Assembly (NCBI RefSeq): GCF_009914755.1 | Contig: NC_060930.1 | Strand: one strand, 5' to 3' | Origin: the human T2T-CHM13v2.0 reference genome, Homo sapiens | Length of the DNA: 64,000 nt | Shown here: piece by piece, positions 13,991 through 34,060 of the stretch | Position numbering within the stretch: position 1 is the stretch's first letter | How the letters are laid out: every line of letters starts with the position of its first letter | Made by a program: the position numbers and the translations under genes | The notes under the pieces: model-generated | The model's input: only the letters and a program-made list of their open reading frames with translations | Told to the model about the DNA's origin: nothing | The model's database searches: none

Positions 13991-14206
13991 AATAATAGTA
14001 GCTAATATAACATTGAGAACTTGCTGTGTAAGGGACACTGTGCAAAGAGCTTCATGGGTACTTACATGTAATCTCCACAGAGTTCTCTGAGGTAGATAGC
14101 AGTATTATAATACTATTTTGTAGATGCAGAAACCAAGTCTTAAATAGATGAAGTAATTTGCTAAAGATACTTATCTACTCAGTATGGGGGCACATATTTG
14201 AACTCC
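13991..14206 (-). mobile_element. MIR SINE
   Basis: aataatagtagctaat...ttttgtagatgcagaaaccaag...aagtaatttgctaaagat. Confidence 0.75.
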
Positions 14207-14559
14207 TACCATATCCCATTCTGCTTCCCTTTATTTATCAGTCAGCATATAAGGGAAGGTCTTTGAACAGATCCAAAGCCCTTGTCAGCTCTCATGTCCA
14301 GTGACTACTGGAATTTAAGTTTTTTCCCTCTTTTTCTAAGAAAATTTTTCTTTTCATTATAATATGAAAATCAGCTAATTGAATCTCACCCCAGATTTCA
14401 AGGGATTGGACTCCTTCATGTCAAGTTTATTCTGGATAGTCTCTCAGCCCTTAGGGAGGAATGGGGTTAGCTTGCTATTATTGCTTGCTATTATTTGGTC
14501 CTCAGGATTTTAGGCTTTTACGTCGTGGTTAGTGGTTTATCAACCATCCTGAAAATGGC

Positions 14560-14790
14560 ATAATTATAGTCTTTTGAGGATTGATGGTAGATGAACAGGT
14601 TACCTGATTTACCTTTCCTTGGGAAGTTGGAACACTTGCCTACCTCTTGCCTTTCCATATTTTCTTCTTTCTCCATGATTCCTCAGAGGTTACTTACTTA
14701 CTGATTCAGCAGCCTCACTTGGTTGTTCTTTGATTCCCTGGGATATCAGTTTTCTGCGCTGGGTTTGGAGCAGTGAGGCATTCTTTATTC
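14560..14790 (-). mobile_element. Probable L3/CR1 LINE ORF2 relic
   Basis: The reverse strand reads atcccagggaatcaaagaac...gaggaatcatggaga...ggcaagtgttccaacttcccaaggaaagg...caggtaac, resembling the CR1 peptide order HPRVLKELA...SWR...ANVVPIFKKG...PGN. Confidence 0.4.
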
Positions 14791-15124
14791 TTCTTACCCA
14801 CTGTGGCCTCTAATTCCTTTTAACCATATTCATTGTATGCTTTTCTCATCTGAAGAAGATGGTCACATCCAGTTTCTCAGTGTGAGGATGAAAAACTCAC
14901 TGGTAATTTTTGTTTTGGGTCTCCTTATTGATTAGGACTCTAGTCCTGTCATACTGATTAAATCTCAGAAGGGTATAGATGTAGGGAGTGGAATCTGCTT
15001 GTTCCCACTGAGTTCGGAAACAAGGAGGATACTGTGAGCAAAGGTTTATTCAGTGATTTTTCTTCCTCTTCTACTTTTTCTTTTTCTGTGTATTATTTGG
15101 TTCTGGCAAGTACCAATAAAAGAA

Positions 15125-17300
<2,176 letters not shown>

Positions 17301-17301
17301 T

Positions 17302-18165
17302 TCATCTCTGGAGCTTTGATCTGGGTCTTCTTTTTAATATCCTCGAGTTCTATGCTTAATTTTTGGGTACACTAATAATGGTTATAATAACTTTTTAATG
17401 ATTTATCTATTCTAACATCTGTGCCAATTCTGGGTCAGTTCTTATTCTCCAATTTTTCTTCTCATTATGGGATTCCTTTTTCTTATTTTTTACATGCCTG
17501 GTACTTTTTGATAAGATGCTAAACATTGTAAATTTTACCTTTTTGGTTGCTGGATATTTTTGTGTTCTTATAAATATTTTTGAGCTTTGTTCTGGATGCA
17601 GTTAAATTACTTGGAAACAGGTTGGTTCTGTTCAGCATGACTGGAGCCATGCTCAGTCAAGGGCTAATTATTCCCTGCTACTGAGGCAAGATCCTTCTGT
17701 GTGCTTTACTCAGTGCCCCATCAGTCGTGAAGTTTTCATGACTGGCTGGTAAGAACAGGCATTATCCCCAGTACTGAGTCAGCTCTGGGCGCCGTTACTC
17801 CATTCTTTTGAGGTCATTCTTTCCCCAGCTTTGGTTGGTTTCCTCACATACATGCACTGGTCAATGCTCAGCTGAGTACTGTAATTACTCCTCTCAAGTA
17901 CTCTGTCTTACAAACTCTAGCAAGCCTTGATTTCCTCAAATTCTTAACTCTGTCTTAGTGCAGAGTCTTCTGGACTGACTGCCTTGCACAACTGCAGCCA
18001 AGTCTGGAAACTGACAAAGCAGTAAGCTGGGGCAATTGTAGGGCCCACTTCATTTGTTTTCCGTCTCTCAGGGGTCACTGTTCTGCATTGTGTTATGTTC
18101 AATGTCTTGAAAAATTATTGTTTTATATGTTCGGCCTGTTTTTTGGTCGTTTCATGTGGAAGCTT
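17302..18165 (-). mobile_element. Ancient L1M (L1MC/L1ME-type) 5'-region fragment
   Basis: tttacatgcctggta...aaacattgtaaattttacc...tttgagctttgttctggatgcagttaa motifs typical of old L1 5' ends. Confidence 0.6.
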
Positions 18166-18847
18166 TTAATGTTAATGTTATTTCTGAGACCATATATTTA
18201 TATAACATTGAATTGGATAAGATTAAACAGAAGAAACATTATTTAGAAAGTTAAAAAAATTTTTCTGCGTGAGAGCCTGTTGTTAGTTATTTAGAATCAC
18301 TTCTTAATCACAGCAAGATACTTTGTTTTATTGAAGATTTGTTTCCCTCTAGATTTTCTCCTTATTAAATAGTAGAACATAGAGAAGAGAACAGTTAAGG
18401 TCGGCCGGATTGCTTCTGCAGGTTTGTGTCCATAGAGAAGCTGAATGTGTAGAATTTCAAGAAGGTAATTGAGAAGTCCGGGAGTAGAGTTTATCTCAAC
18501 ACCAAAAGAATCATTTTTAAATAAATACAGGGTGAGAAAAGTGAAGAATCAAAAGAGTAGCTTTTGAAGCACAGTATTCCTAAGGTCTTGTTTTAAGGAT
18601 ATGTTTCTGTGTTTGTTTTTTATTGATTTGAGATCATCTTAATGCGTGTTAGAAAATTTATCAGGCTGAACGAGTTGATCCTAAAATGCTGCAGAAAAGT
18701 TGGATGTGAAATGGGAAAGAAAACTAACTTTCATGAGATGCTTCGTAAAATCTATTTCAATTCAGGGTGAAAATTGCAAAACTGTCTGCCAATGCGTTTT
18801 TGATGGACATTCTGGCTATTTGTGTGAGTCTTCTGCATTGAGGTTTT

Positions 18848-19043
18848 ATTTATTGAGCTTCCTTTTGCTTCACTCTAGACCAGGTGGTTTACATATGTTA
18901 TCTCATCTTGTCCTTCTGACAAATCCTGTGAGGTATGTGGTGTTAATCTCATTTTAAAGATGAAGATTTTCAGGCTTATAGGGTTTAGGTAGTTGACTTA
19001 AGGTCACTGGTAGTAAGCAGGGATTATGGCTGGGTCTTTGACT
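18848..19043 (-). mobile_element. MIR SINE
   Basis: tttattattgagc...cctgtgaggtat...cattttaaagatgaaga...gacttaaggtcac. Confidence 0.7.
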
Positions 19044-19665
19044 GCTAGGCAAGTATTAACACCTCATCACACACATGGGCTGCTTTTTCTGAAGGTAGTA
19101 GGTGGAGATTTCTTTCCTTGAGTAAAAGGGCAAAAAAGAAAGAACGTAAAGTAGTTTTTAGAAGTAGTTTCTTCTGGTCACCAAATTAACAGGAAAAGGG
19201 AAACTTGTCTAACCTAGGTGTTGTGTTTTCCCCATTATTCTGACTACAGTAATTTCTGTTGAAATAACCACAGTCATTTTGTTGAAAAGCCATACGTGTT
19301 TCTAAATAAAATAGTTACATAATTTTAAGTGCATATTTTAATTAATTACACATTCTTTTAAATTATTCATAGACTATCATAGATTTTTATATCAGTTGGC
19401 ATCTGGAGTCACAATGTAAATATTAGAAAAAAGTTTCAGAGGACCTTTTTCCCAAATAAAATCATGTGACCCTAAAGAACAATTTAAATAACACTATAAA
19501 AACAGAGTTATCAGGAGAGGGAGTGGTGGCTACAGATATTTACCATTTTTTCTTGGTGGGGATTTATAGGAATAGAATACAGTCAGTTCCTCTATTTATT
19601 TATTTTTGTTTGTTTGTTTAAACCCGTTGCTGTTGTGTCATTAAGAATGTAAAATAATGAGATAG

Positions 19666-20042
<377 letters not shown>

Positions 20043-21084
20043 TGAAATAAATTAACATATGCATAGTAAACTCTAAAGTTATCACCATTTGGGTACATAG
20101 AAGTTTACTGAGGAAAGAAGTTTAGTGTCTGTCATATAAACAGCATTATTATCCTTGGTAATGTCTGAAGTATACAGCCAAAGTTGAGAAAGTTTTTGAA
20201 CTAATAAAAATATATTTTCATTGATTATGAGAGTGAAATTGGTACATGTGTAATTTATATATATATAAAGTACACAAGTTATCTATATATAGTTTGTATA
20301 CTTAAGGAAATTGAAAATTTAAGAAATTGAAAATCTACTACTTTTTAGTACTTTTTAGGTTTCTTTCCAGTTCTAAGTGAGTGTGACTTTGTATAACTGC
20401 ATTGTAGTATGTTCTCCTCTATGCAAAAATAAACAAGTAAATAAAACCCAGTGTTATATCCTTGACGAGGACACTATTTTGTTGCTGACATATGGTTAGT
20501 CATGAGTTGTATTCAGTACCATACCTTCCTCATTTAGCAGCACCATCTGTTAAAACTATGGCTGATACCAGTAGAGAGGAAGCCAATTATTTTTGAGTTT
20601 GTGAGCATGGGATAAATGCGAATATGTCTGAAGTTGCCCGCAGTCAAATCCTTTACAACTGGTGTAGTCAAACAATTGGAGGTAGTGCTACCTTGGGGAA
20701 CCAGGTCAGGAAAGAACATGATAATGCTTGTTCGGCATCTTTCTCTACTCTTAGCAAGGGTGATGTGTTATAAAATTAAATAACACATAATTAAGTTATT
20801 AAAAAGATTTGCATGATATGCTTTGTTTTTAAGGCTCTCAAACTATTGGTGTTTGTGGTTTGTGACTGCAGCTGGCATAATAAGAGTTGGTAAAGGTCTT
20901 TTCACAATGAGGCAAAACCTTTACAGGAATGATTTTCTTCATAGGCTTTTTATGGATTTGGGAGAGTATTGTACTAATAAAGTTAAGCATAAAGTTATTA
21001 GACATTTATCATTGATTTCATGTCTGTGTCTTTATCTGTGTTACGAATGCTTTGGACTGCACATATGGGAATATAGCAGAATAA

Positions 21085-21711
<627 letters not shown>

Positions 21712-21770
21712 TGAAGCATGGTATATATGATTTTTCCTTTTTCTAGAGGTTTATCTTTGGAAAATTTTAT

Positions 21771-22474
21771 TTTCTTTTAACTTTTATTTTTACTTCAGGG
21801 GTACAAGTGCAGGTTTGTTACATAGGTAAACTTGTGTCATGAGGGTTCGTTGTACAGATTACTTCATCACAGGTATTAAGCCCAGTATCCGTTAGTTATT
21901 TTTCCTGATCGTCTCCCTCCTCCTGCCCTCCATCCTCTAATAAGCCCCAGTGTGCGTTGTTCCCCTCTATGTGTCCATGTGTTCTCATCATTTAGCTCCC
22001 ACTTATAAGAGAACATGCAGTATTTGGTTTTCTGTTCCTGTGTCAAGTTTGCTAAGGATAATGGCCTCCATCTCCATCCATGTCCCTGCAAAGGACATGA
22101 TCTCATTCTTTTTTAGGGCTGTGTAGTATTCCATGGTGTGTATATACCACATTTTCTTTATTCAGTCTCCCATTGATGGACATTTAGGTTGATTCCGTGT
22201 CTTTGCTATTGTGAATAGTGCTACAAAGAATATACACTTGCATGTGTCTTTATAATAAAACAGTTTATATTTCCATGGATATCTGCCCAGTAATGGGATT
22301 GCTGGGTTGAATGGTATTTCTGTCTTTAGGTCTTTGAGGAATCGCCATACAGTATTCCATAGTGGCTGAACTAATTTACATTCCCACCAACATTGTATAA
22401 GCTTTTCCTTTTTCTCCCCAACCTTGCCAGCATCTGTTATTTTTTGACTTTAATAATAGCTGTTCTGACTGGTG
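21771..22474 (-). mobile_element. 5'-truncated L1PA13-16-type 3' end
   Basis: ttcaggggtacaagtgcaggtttgttacataggtaaacttgtgtc 3'UTR; approximate TSD tggaaaa..tttt on both sides. Confidence 0.88.
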
Positions 22475-22852
22475 TGGAAAACGTTTTTTTTTCTTTTTTT
22501 TTTGAAGTAGTGACAACTTTGAAATTATATTTGGCTCTGTTTTTGCCCAGTCTTCCCTCTCCTCTTCCCTCATGCACAAACTTACCATAGGACCAATAAC
22601 CCATATCAGGCCAGACTTTCCCTTCCCTCACTTTCCCTCCTTTTCTCTTATTTTCCTTTCTGTAAGTAAATCTTATCCAAAACAGGAAACAAACATTAAT
22701 AAAATATAAAAGGCAGGGAGACAATGGCAACAAAATTCTACTTTAGGCTAGAATCTAATTCTTGAGTAATTCTTTCAGAAAAGATCTGGGTGGTAAATTC
22801 TCTGTGCTCTTGCACAACTGAACATGTTTCATACTTGTTGGAATGAGTCTAG

Positions 22853-22969
22853 TTTTTGAAACTTTAAAATATTTTTTAGAGACAGGATCTTGAACTTGGG
22901 CTCATGTGATCCTCCTGTCTTAGCCTCCTGAATAGCTTGGACTACAGGTGCACACCACCACGCCTGACT
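22853..22969 (-). mobile_element. FLAM/Alu monomer within an old L1M/HAL1 relic (about 22750-23360)
   Basis: gatcctcctgtcttagcctcctgaatagc..gactacaggtgcacaccacc; TSD gaatgagtcta (22841) / gaatgggtcta (22971). Confidence 0.8.
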
Positions 22970-23360
22970 AGAATGGGTCTAAATGTTTAGATTCAAAGTC
23001 ATTTTCCCTCACAGCTTTGAGGCATTCCTTCCTTTAGAATTTATTCTAATAGTTAAGAAATCTGGTGGCCATCTGTTTTCTTTCTCTGCAGGCATCTTTT
23101 GTTTTTCATTTTTCAAAAACTTTTAGGCCTTTATTTTTAGCCTTAGTCATCTAAATATCAGAAGGACATTCCTGGTGTGAATGTCTATTCAGCTACTTCA
23201 TGCTTAGGGCTCTAGGGATTCTGTCAATCTGAGGTTTCGTGTCTTAGCCCTGGAAAGGTTTTAAGTTTGTCCTTAATTTCCATACCTTCATTTTCTTTAT
23301 GTTCTCCATTTCTGGCAATCCTGTTATATGTGTCAGCTTTTGTGGACTGGTCCTTTGTGC

Positions 23361-23406
23361 AGTGATCCACCTGCCTCAGCCTCACAAAGTGCTGGGATTA
23401 CAGATG
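23361..23406 (-). mobile_element. Isolated internal Alu left-arm fragment (about 45 nt)
   Basis: agtgatccacctgcctcagcctcacaaagtgctgggattacag; no tail and no TSD. Confidence 0.85.
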
Positions 23407-23609
23407 ATTTTAAAGTGATGGTGTTATTTTTCAGGAGGCTAACTCTATTATTGGTATATGATAGATGGGGAAGATTTTACCTGTGACCCAGAATGAACAT
23501 GTTTGTTATGTATTTCAGTTTAAAATTAATAATGTGTGTGACCAAGACACTGGTGTTTACTATTACTGTTATGCTCTTGGATAAAGCTAAGAATATTAAA
23601 ACTTGAAAA

Positions 23610-24840
23610 AATTAATACATAATATGTTACATATTTGTGGGTACGTGTAATATTTTGTTATGTGCATACAATGTGTAATGATTGAGTCAGTATTTGGGGT
23701 GTTCATTGCCATGAATATTTATCATTTCTGTGTACTGGGAACATGTCAGGTCCTCTCTTCTAGTTGTATATTTGAAATATACAATATATTGTTGCTGTCT
23801 GTAGTCACCCTACTCGGCTATCAAACATTAGAACCTATTCTTTCTATCTAACTGTATGTTTGTACCTATTAACCAGTCTCTCGTTATCCCTCCTAGTCCT
23901 TGGCACATCCCCTTCCCACTTGCGATATCTATTATTCTATTCTCTACCTCCATGAGGTCAACATTTTTAGCCCCCACATGAGTGACAACATGCAAAATTT
24001 GTCTTTCTTTGCCTGGTTTATTTCACTTAATGTAATGATTTCCAGTTCCATTCATGTTGCTGCAAATGATATGATTTTGTTCTTTCTTTATGGCCAAATA
24101 GCATTCCATTGTATATATGTACCACATTTTCTTTATCCATTTTTCTGTGACAGACACTTAGGTTGATTTCATAGCTTTGCTATTGTGAGTAGTGCTGCAG
24201 TGAACATGGAAGTGCAGGTATCCTTTTGATAAACTGATTTTTTTTTCCTTTGGATAAATACCCGTTAGTGGGATTGCTGGATCATATGGTAGTTCTATTT
24301 GTAGTTTTTTGAGAAATCTCAATACTGTTTTCCATAATGGTTGTACTAATTTACATTACCACCAACAGTGAACAAGAGTTCCCTTTTCTCTGCATCCTTA
24401 TAAGCACCTGTTATTTTTTGTCTTTTTAATAATAGCCATTCTAACTGGGGTGAGATGATATCTCATTGTGGTTTTGCTTTACATTTCCCTGATGATTAGT
24501 GATGTTGAGCATTTTTCCATATACCTGTTGTCCATTTGTATGTTTCGTTTTGAGAAATGTCTATTCACATACTTTGCCTGTTTCTTAATTAGATTTTTTT
24601 TTTGCTGTTGAGTTCCTTATATATTCCGCTTATTAATTCTTTGTCAGAGGAATAGCTTGCTAATATTTTCTTCCTTTTTGTAGGTTGTCTCCTCACTTTG
24701 TTCCTGGTTTTCTTGCTGTGCAGAAGCTTTTTAGCTTGATGTAAAACCATTTGTCTACTTTTGGTTTTGTTGTCTGTGCTTTTGAGGTCTTAATGATAAA
24801 ATCTTTGCCTAGACCAATGTCCTGGAGTGTTTTCCCTATG
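23610..24840 (-). mobile_element. L1MA (L1MA3/4-like) 3' fragment
   Basis: L1MA 3'UTR tagtcaccctactc..ctatcaaacattagaac plus the ORF2 C-terminal region. Confidence 0.88.
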
Positions 24841-24982
24841 TAAAATCACTTTTTTGAATGGATAATTTGTTGAATGGCACAAAATTCAAAGGGAACCAAA
24901 ACCCATACAGTAAGTAATAAGACTCCATCCATCTGCCGTCTGCTTCAGCTAAGTATTTGTGAAGAAACTCATTGTTGCAATT

Positions 24983-24985
<3 letters not shown>

Positions 24986-25032
<47 letters not shown>
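24986..25032. repeat. (CA)~23 microsatellite
   Basis: Uninterrupted AC run. Confidence 0.97.
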
Positions 25033-25034
<2 letters not shown>

Positions 25035-25191
25035 GGGTATGGATTTATAAGAAATGTACACACACACACATATATATATACATACATAATGTTTTTTGCT
25101 TTCTCCTTTTACATAAAAGTTAGCATATAATACACATGATTTTCATTTAACTATTTAGGTTGTTGCAGAAGTAATTGCAGCTAATATATGA

Positions 25192-26735
<1,544 letters not shown>

Positions 26736-26752
26736 CAAATATTTGACTTTTT

Positions 26753-29026
<2,274 letters not shown>

Positions 29027-29395
29027 GCCTTTTTGTTCTAAATTAAAGAGAAAAACCACGGGGGGCTTAATAGTTGATGTCTGTGCTTTTACTGGTACTC
29101 AGTTGCTGAAGGTGGTATCATATTAGTCCTTTAATTGCTTAGAGTTGTGTCCTCATGAAACTTTCTCCCTGAACTTGCTTTTAAGGGAGATCTGCCTCTG
29201 TATGCCATGGTATTGGAATGTTTTATTAGTGTAGAAGTGTCTAGATGATTTTCCTAGGGGGCCACTTAATGAGCAGTCTGTGTGTAGGCCCTATGAATAA
29301 TAAAATTGTGATCAGTGGTTAAGTATAGCCAAATGTATGGATAGGACCTAGGGAATAATAAAGAAGTGCTTCAAATGTAGCTTAAAACTATTTTT

Positions 29396-30487
29396 TTTTA
29401 AATTTTACTTTAAGTTCTAGGGTACATGTGCACAACGTGCAGGTTTGTTACATAGATATACATGTGCCATGTTGGTGTGCTGCACCTGTTAACTGGTCAT
29501 TTACATTAGATATTTCTCCTAATGTTATCCCTCCCCCTGTCCTCCACCCCATGACAGGCCCTGGTGTGTGATGTTCCCCACCCTATGTCTGAGTGTTCTT
29601 ATTGTTCAATTCCCACCTGTGAGTGAGAACATGCGGTGTTTGGTTTTCTGTCTTTGTGGTAGTTTGCTTAGAATGATGGTTTCCAGATTCATCTATGTCC
29701 CTGCAAAGGACATGAGCTCATCATTTTTTATGGCTGCATAGTATTCCGTGGTGTATATGTGCCACATTTTCTTAATCTGGTCTATCATTGAAGGACATTT
29801 GGGTTGGTTCCAAGTCTTTGCTATTGTGAATAGTGCCGCAATAAACATACATGTACATGTGTCTTTATAGCAGTATGATTTATAATCCTCTGAGTATATA
29901 CTCAGTAATGGGATTGCTGGGTCAAACAGTATCTCCAGTTCTAGATCCTTGAGGAATCGCCACACTGTCTTCCACAATGGTTGAACTAGTTTATACTCCC
30001 ACCAACGGTGTAAAAGTGTTCTATTTCTCCACATCCTCTCTGGCATCTGTTGTTTCCTGACTTTTTAATGATCGCCATTCTAACTGCTGTGAGATGGTAT
30101 CTCCTTGTGGTTTTGATTTGCATTTCTCTGATGGCCAGTGATGATGAGCATTTTTTCATGTGTCTGTTGGCTGCATAAACGTCTTCTTTTGAGAAGTGTC
30201 CGTTCATATCCTTTGCCCACCTTTTGATGGGGTTGTTTTTTTCTTGTAAATTTGTTTAAATTCTTTGTATATTCTGGATATTAGCCCTTTGTCAGATGGG
30301 TAGATTGCAAAAATTTTCTCCCATTCTGTAGGTTTCCTGTTCACTCTGATGGTAGTTTCTTTTGCTCTGCAGAAGCTCTTTAGTTTAATTAGATCCCATT
30401 TGTCAATTTTGGCTTTTGTTGCCATTGCTTTTGCTGTTTTAGTCATGAAGTCCTTGCCCATGCCTATGTCCTGAATGATATTGCCTA
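29396..30487 (-). mobile_element. 5'-truncated L1PA5/6-like 3' fragment
   Basis: taagttctagggtacatgtgcacaacgtgcagg; ORF2 C-terminal fragments; TSD ctattttt at 29388 and 30490. Confidence 0.93.
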
Positions 30488-30649
30488 ATCTATTTTTGAA
30501 AGTGTGCATAAGGCTTAATGCTAGAAATTGGTAACATTTTGATCAAATTCATGACTGCATTCTTGAGAATAAGCGTGTCCAGGCATATTCCCTATTTGAT
30601 TCCAGAATTATACCACTAAGATTTGTGCTCAGTTTTCATTTTATCAATT

Positions 30650-30949
30650 CTTTTCGTTTTTTTTTTGGATACAGGGTCTTGCTCTGTCACCCAGGCTGGA
30701 GTGTAGTGGCGCAGTCTTGGCTCACTCTAGCCTCGACTTCCCAGGCTCAGCTGATCCTCCTGCCTCAGCCTCCTGAGTAGCTAGGACCACAGGCACGTGC
30801 CACCACACCTACCTAATTTTTGTATTTTTTGTGGAGATGAGGTTTTGTCATGTTGCCTGGGCTGGTCTTGAACTCCTGAGCTCAAGCAGTCCACCCTCCT
30901 TGGCCTCCCAAAGTGCTGGGATTACAGGGGTGAGCCATTGCACCTGGTG
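30650..30949 (-). mobile_element. AluJ
   Basis: cagggtcttgctctgtc...cctgagctcaagcagtcc. Confidence 0.93.
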
Positions 30950-31244
30950 ATTTTTTCAGTTTCATATGAGAAAATATACTTCTATGATAGTGACAGGTAC
31001 AAATATTTTACATAGCTATAAATTTCAGTTTAGATTATATTTGTCAATTGGATTCCATGGATATTATCTTTCCTTTCTGTTTAAACTATTTAAAGCTAAG
31101 CTACCCTCATATCACTTGTTATTGATAATTCAGATGTATCCTCAGATTTGTACTCCAAAGGCAACTTCAGAAACTTAAAACATGGTTCAGACTCTTGTGC
31201 ATCTATAAAATTCTTTTGAAAAATAGAAAGCCAGAGGTTGCAAG

Positions 31245-31485
31245 GCTTTAGTTAGGAGTAAATTCAGGAGAACCATTGTACAACATGGTGACAATAGTTA
31301 ACAATATATCGTATTCTTGAAAAATGCTAAGAGAGTGGATGTAAAAGTGTTCTTATCACAAAAATAACTATGTGAGGTAATGCATACATCAATTAACTAG
31401 ATTTAGTCATTCTGCAATGTATATAGGCTTCTAAACATTATGTTGTATGTGATAAATACAATTCTATCTTCTAGTTAAAAAAAAT
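31245..31485 (+). mobile_element. L1MA 3' end (sense orientation)
   Basis: aaaatgctaagagagtggatgtaaaagtgttcttatcacaaaaataactatgtgaggtaatgcata plus an A tail. Confidence 0.85.
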
Positions 31486-32347
31486 GAGAAATTATTTTTG
31501 CCAAATAGCCCTAATAATCACCAGATAGTCACCAAATACCTTGCAGCAATATAAAATAAATGCAGATTTCGGTTATCATTTGTATCATTCATATATCCAA
31601 TTTGACTGGCAATTCTTCCTTTTCTGAACAAATTTCAACCCCTTAATTTTCTCCAGTTTCATGGTGTGTCTATGCCTTGCTACAACCTGCTGAATCTCAT
31701 ACATATTTGACTGGTTAGGTCTTCCAGAGCCCTGCAGTTCCAAAAAAGATTTAATGAGGCACTTGTTTGTGAATTCACTAGCCAGTCATTTGATTAAATT
31801 AAAATGAAATTTCTGTGTTTCGCTTTTCTATATTTTAAATATCCCCCTATTTTCTATATGTATTCAAGTGACTTGGAAAGGTTATAGCACCATCTCTTAA
31901 TGAAGGATTTTTGTGGAAAGCTAACTCACACCTCTCTTCTTTGACTTGAATAAACTGTTGTAATCTACTTTTGTCTGTTTTGTTCAATATAGGTAAATTA
32001 TCTGTGCAAGCGAACTCACGTTTAGAGAGAATTTCTCAGTTTTCTTCCCGTAGATTCTCAGTCCTATTATTAGTTCATATGTGTTGGTTAAGTGGTAAAA
32101 CAAGGCTTGGGCTGAAAGCCTTATTTTCCACATATACAGAGCCATAGCTTATACTGGAGAAAAGAAAAGTCACCTTAATCTTTTGGAGGGAAATGATGAA
32201 ATCTGGAATAGTCATAACCAAACAATGTATATTTAACAAGATAGCTCAAAGACTTTCTATTTTTATAAATTTAACATTCTTTTAGAATGATTGAATTTAG
32301 AATTATTGAAAATAGCATAAATTCTTAAAGAATTTAAATGTTTGTGC

Positions 32348-32560
32348 CATTTGTTAAGCTTCTACAATATGCTGGATCTGCTCTTGTGACTTTGCATATA
32401 TCATCTTTAATCTTCACAACGAATCTGCAAAATAAATATTATCCACATAAGATAGATGAGAAAGGTGAAGCTCCAGAGGTTAAGTATCTTGGCTAATGCC
32501 ACACAGCTAATATATGATGGAGTGAGGATTTGAAGCTACATTTCTGAATATAATGCTCTT
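32348..32560 (-). mobile_element. MIR SINE
   Basis: tttaatcttcacaac...agatgagaaaggtgaagctccagaggttaagt...cacacagctaat. Confidence 0.75.
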
Positions 32561-32739
32561 TCTTACTTCTGGACATTTGATAGTATTTGTTGAATGCTTG
32601 AAAGATGAGAAGACTAGCACACTTGTTTACTGGGTCTATATTTCCTGCCTGTCTAACACCGAATTTTTTTTTTTTCTGGAAGAAAACTTTTGGCTTCCTA
32701 ATAGGTGCATTTTTTTCTGTTAATAATTTTATTTTTTCA

Positions 32740-34060
32740 ACACTTTTAAAGAAAAATTGAATAGGTAGTATGGAATGCTCCTATAGGTGCCTCTCTTTCC
32801 CTGCCATAGCTTCTCCTATTATTTACATCTTATATTAGTACGGTATGTTTGTTACAGTTAATGAACCAATATTAATACATTATTATTGAAGTCCATGGTT
32901 TGTTTTTATCTAATGTCCCTTTTCTTTTCCAGGATGCCATCCAGGACACCATATTACATTTACTTGTCATGTCTCCTCAGGGTCCTCTTGCTGTGACAGT
33001 TTCTCAGACTTTATTTTTTTTCCCCTAAAGCCTTTCCACTCTACCTTACTGCTGCCTCAGATTTACCATTTGCATTTAAGTACAATTGTAATTTGTTACT
33101 GATTACCTTGAGATTTTTTGGTGGTGGTTTTTCAAAGAGCTTTGCTACTACATACCTTGACATTTTTAAGGAATCCAGGTGTCCAGGTTATTATGTATTC
33201 TAGGATGTTCCTCTGTTAGAATATATGTAGTGTTTTTCTCATGATTAGCCTGGGATATGGGTTATTGGGAGGAAGACCATGCAAGTGTGCTGCCATTTTC
33301 ACCACATCATATCCTGGGTATGTATTGTCAACACGATTTATGACTGTTGGTGTTAACCTGAAACCTGGTAGAAGTAGTGCTTGTCAGTTTTCTCCACTGT
33401 GAAGTTTACTCTTTTCTTCCCTCCCTTCCATACTGGAAGTCATTACATGAGCTTGCACTGAAGGAGTCGGGGGGTTGTGCTCCCCCTTTTTTAGAGTGGT
33501 GTATCTACATAATTTATTTGGAATTCTTCTACACAGGAGATTTGTGTCTTCTCCTGCATTTATTAATTTATTCAATCATTTATATCACTGTGGAGACATA
33601 GATATTTATTTTATACTTTGAGTTATAATTCAATACTACTTTATTTATTTTGTTACTTAAATTGATCTAGCTTTGGCCATTGGGAGATGACCCTGTCAGT
33701 CACTTCCGTGTCAGTCGCTCCTGTGTCCCTTTGCATACCTCAGTTTTTTTTTTTTTTTGACCACTTTTTGGCACTGCAAGATGCTCTGGGCTCATCTTGC
33801 ATATTTCCTGCCCCAGTCTTAAAATCAGCCATTTCTCCAAGAAGCCTTGATTCCTTTTATTGAAGAGTAGTGTTAGAAACCAACATCTGGTGCTGGGTGT
33901 GCTTATTACTGAGGTGTCATTTCTTTTAAACTCTCCCAGTGTCAGGGAAAAATGTGTATATACTAATCTTTAGATATAATACATATATAAAAATACTTCT
34001 ATATGTGTCTCTATGAAGTTAAACATGAGTTCTTACTGATGTTTCCAGCTCTAATTTATT
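32740..34060 (-). mobile_element. L1MC-type 3' fragment, interrupted at about 33012-33150
   Basis: ccaggatgccatccaggacaccatattacatt and ctagctttggccattggga...tcagccatttctccaagaagcc motifs. Confidence 0.8.

Noticed and set aside
20540-20680. NEUROD-type E-box ACCATCTGTT with nearby CCAAT and SOX-like AACAAT
   Set aside because: Single short motifs, not clearly above chance without conservation or chromatin data.
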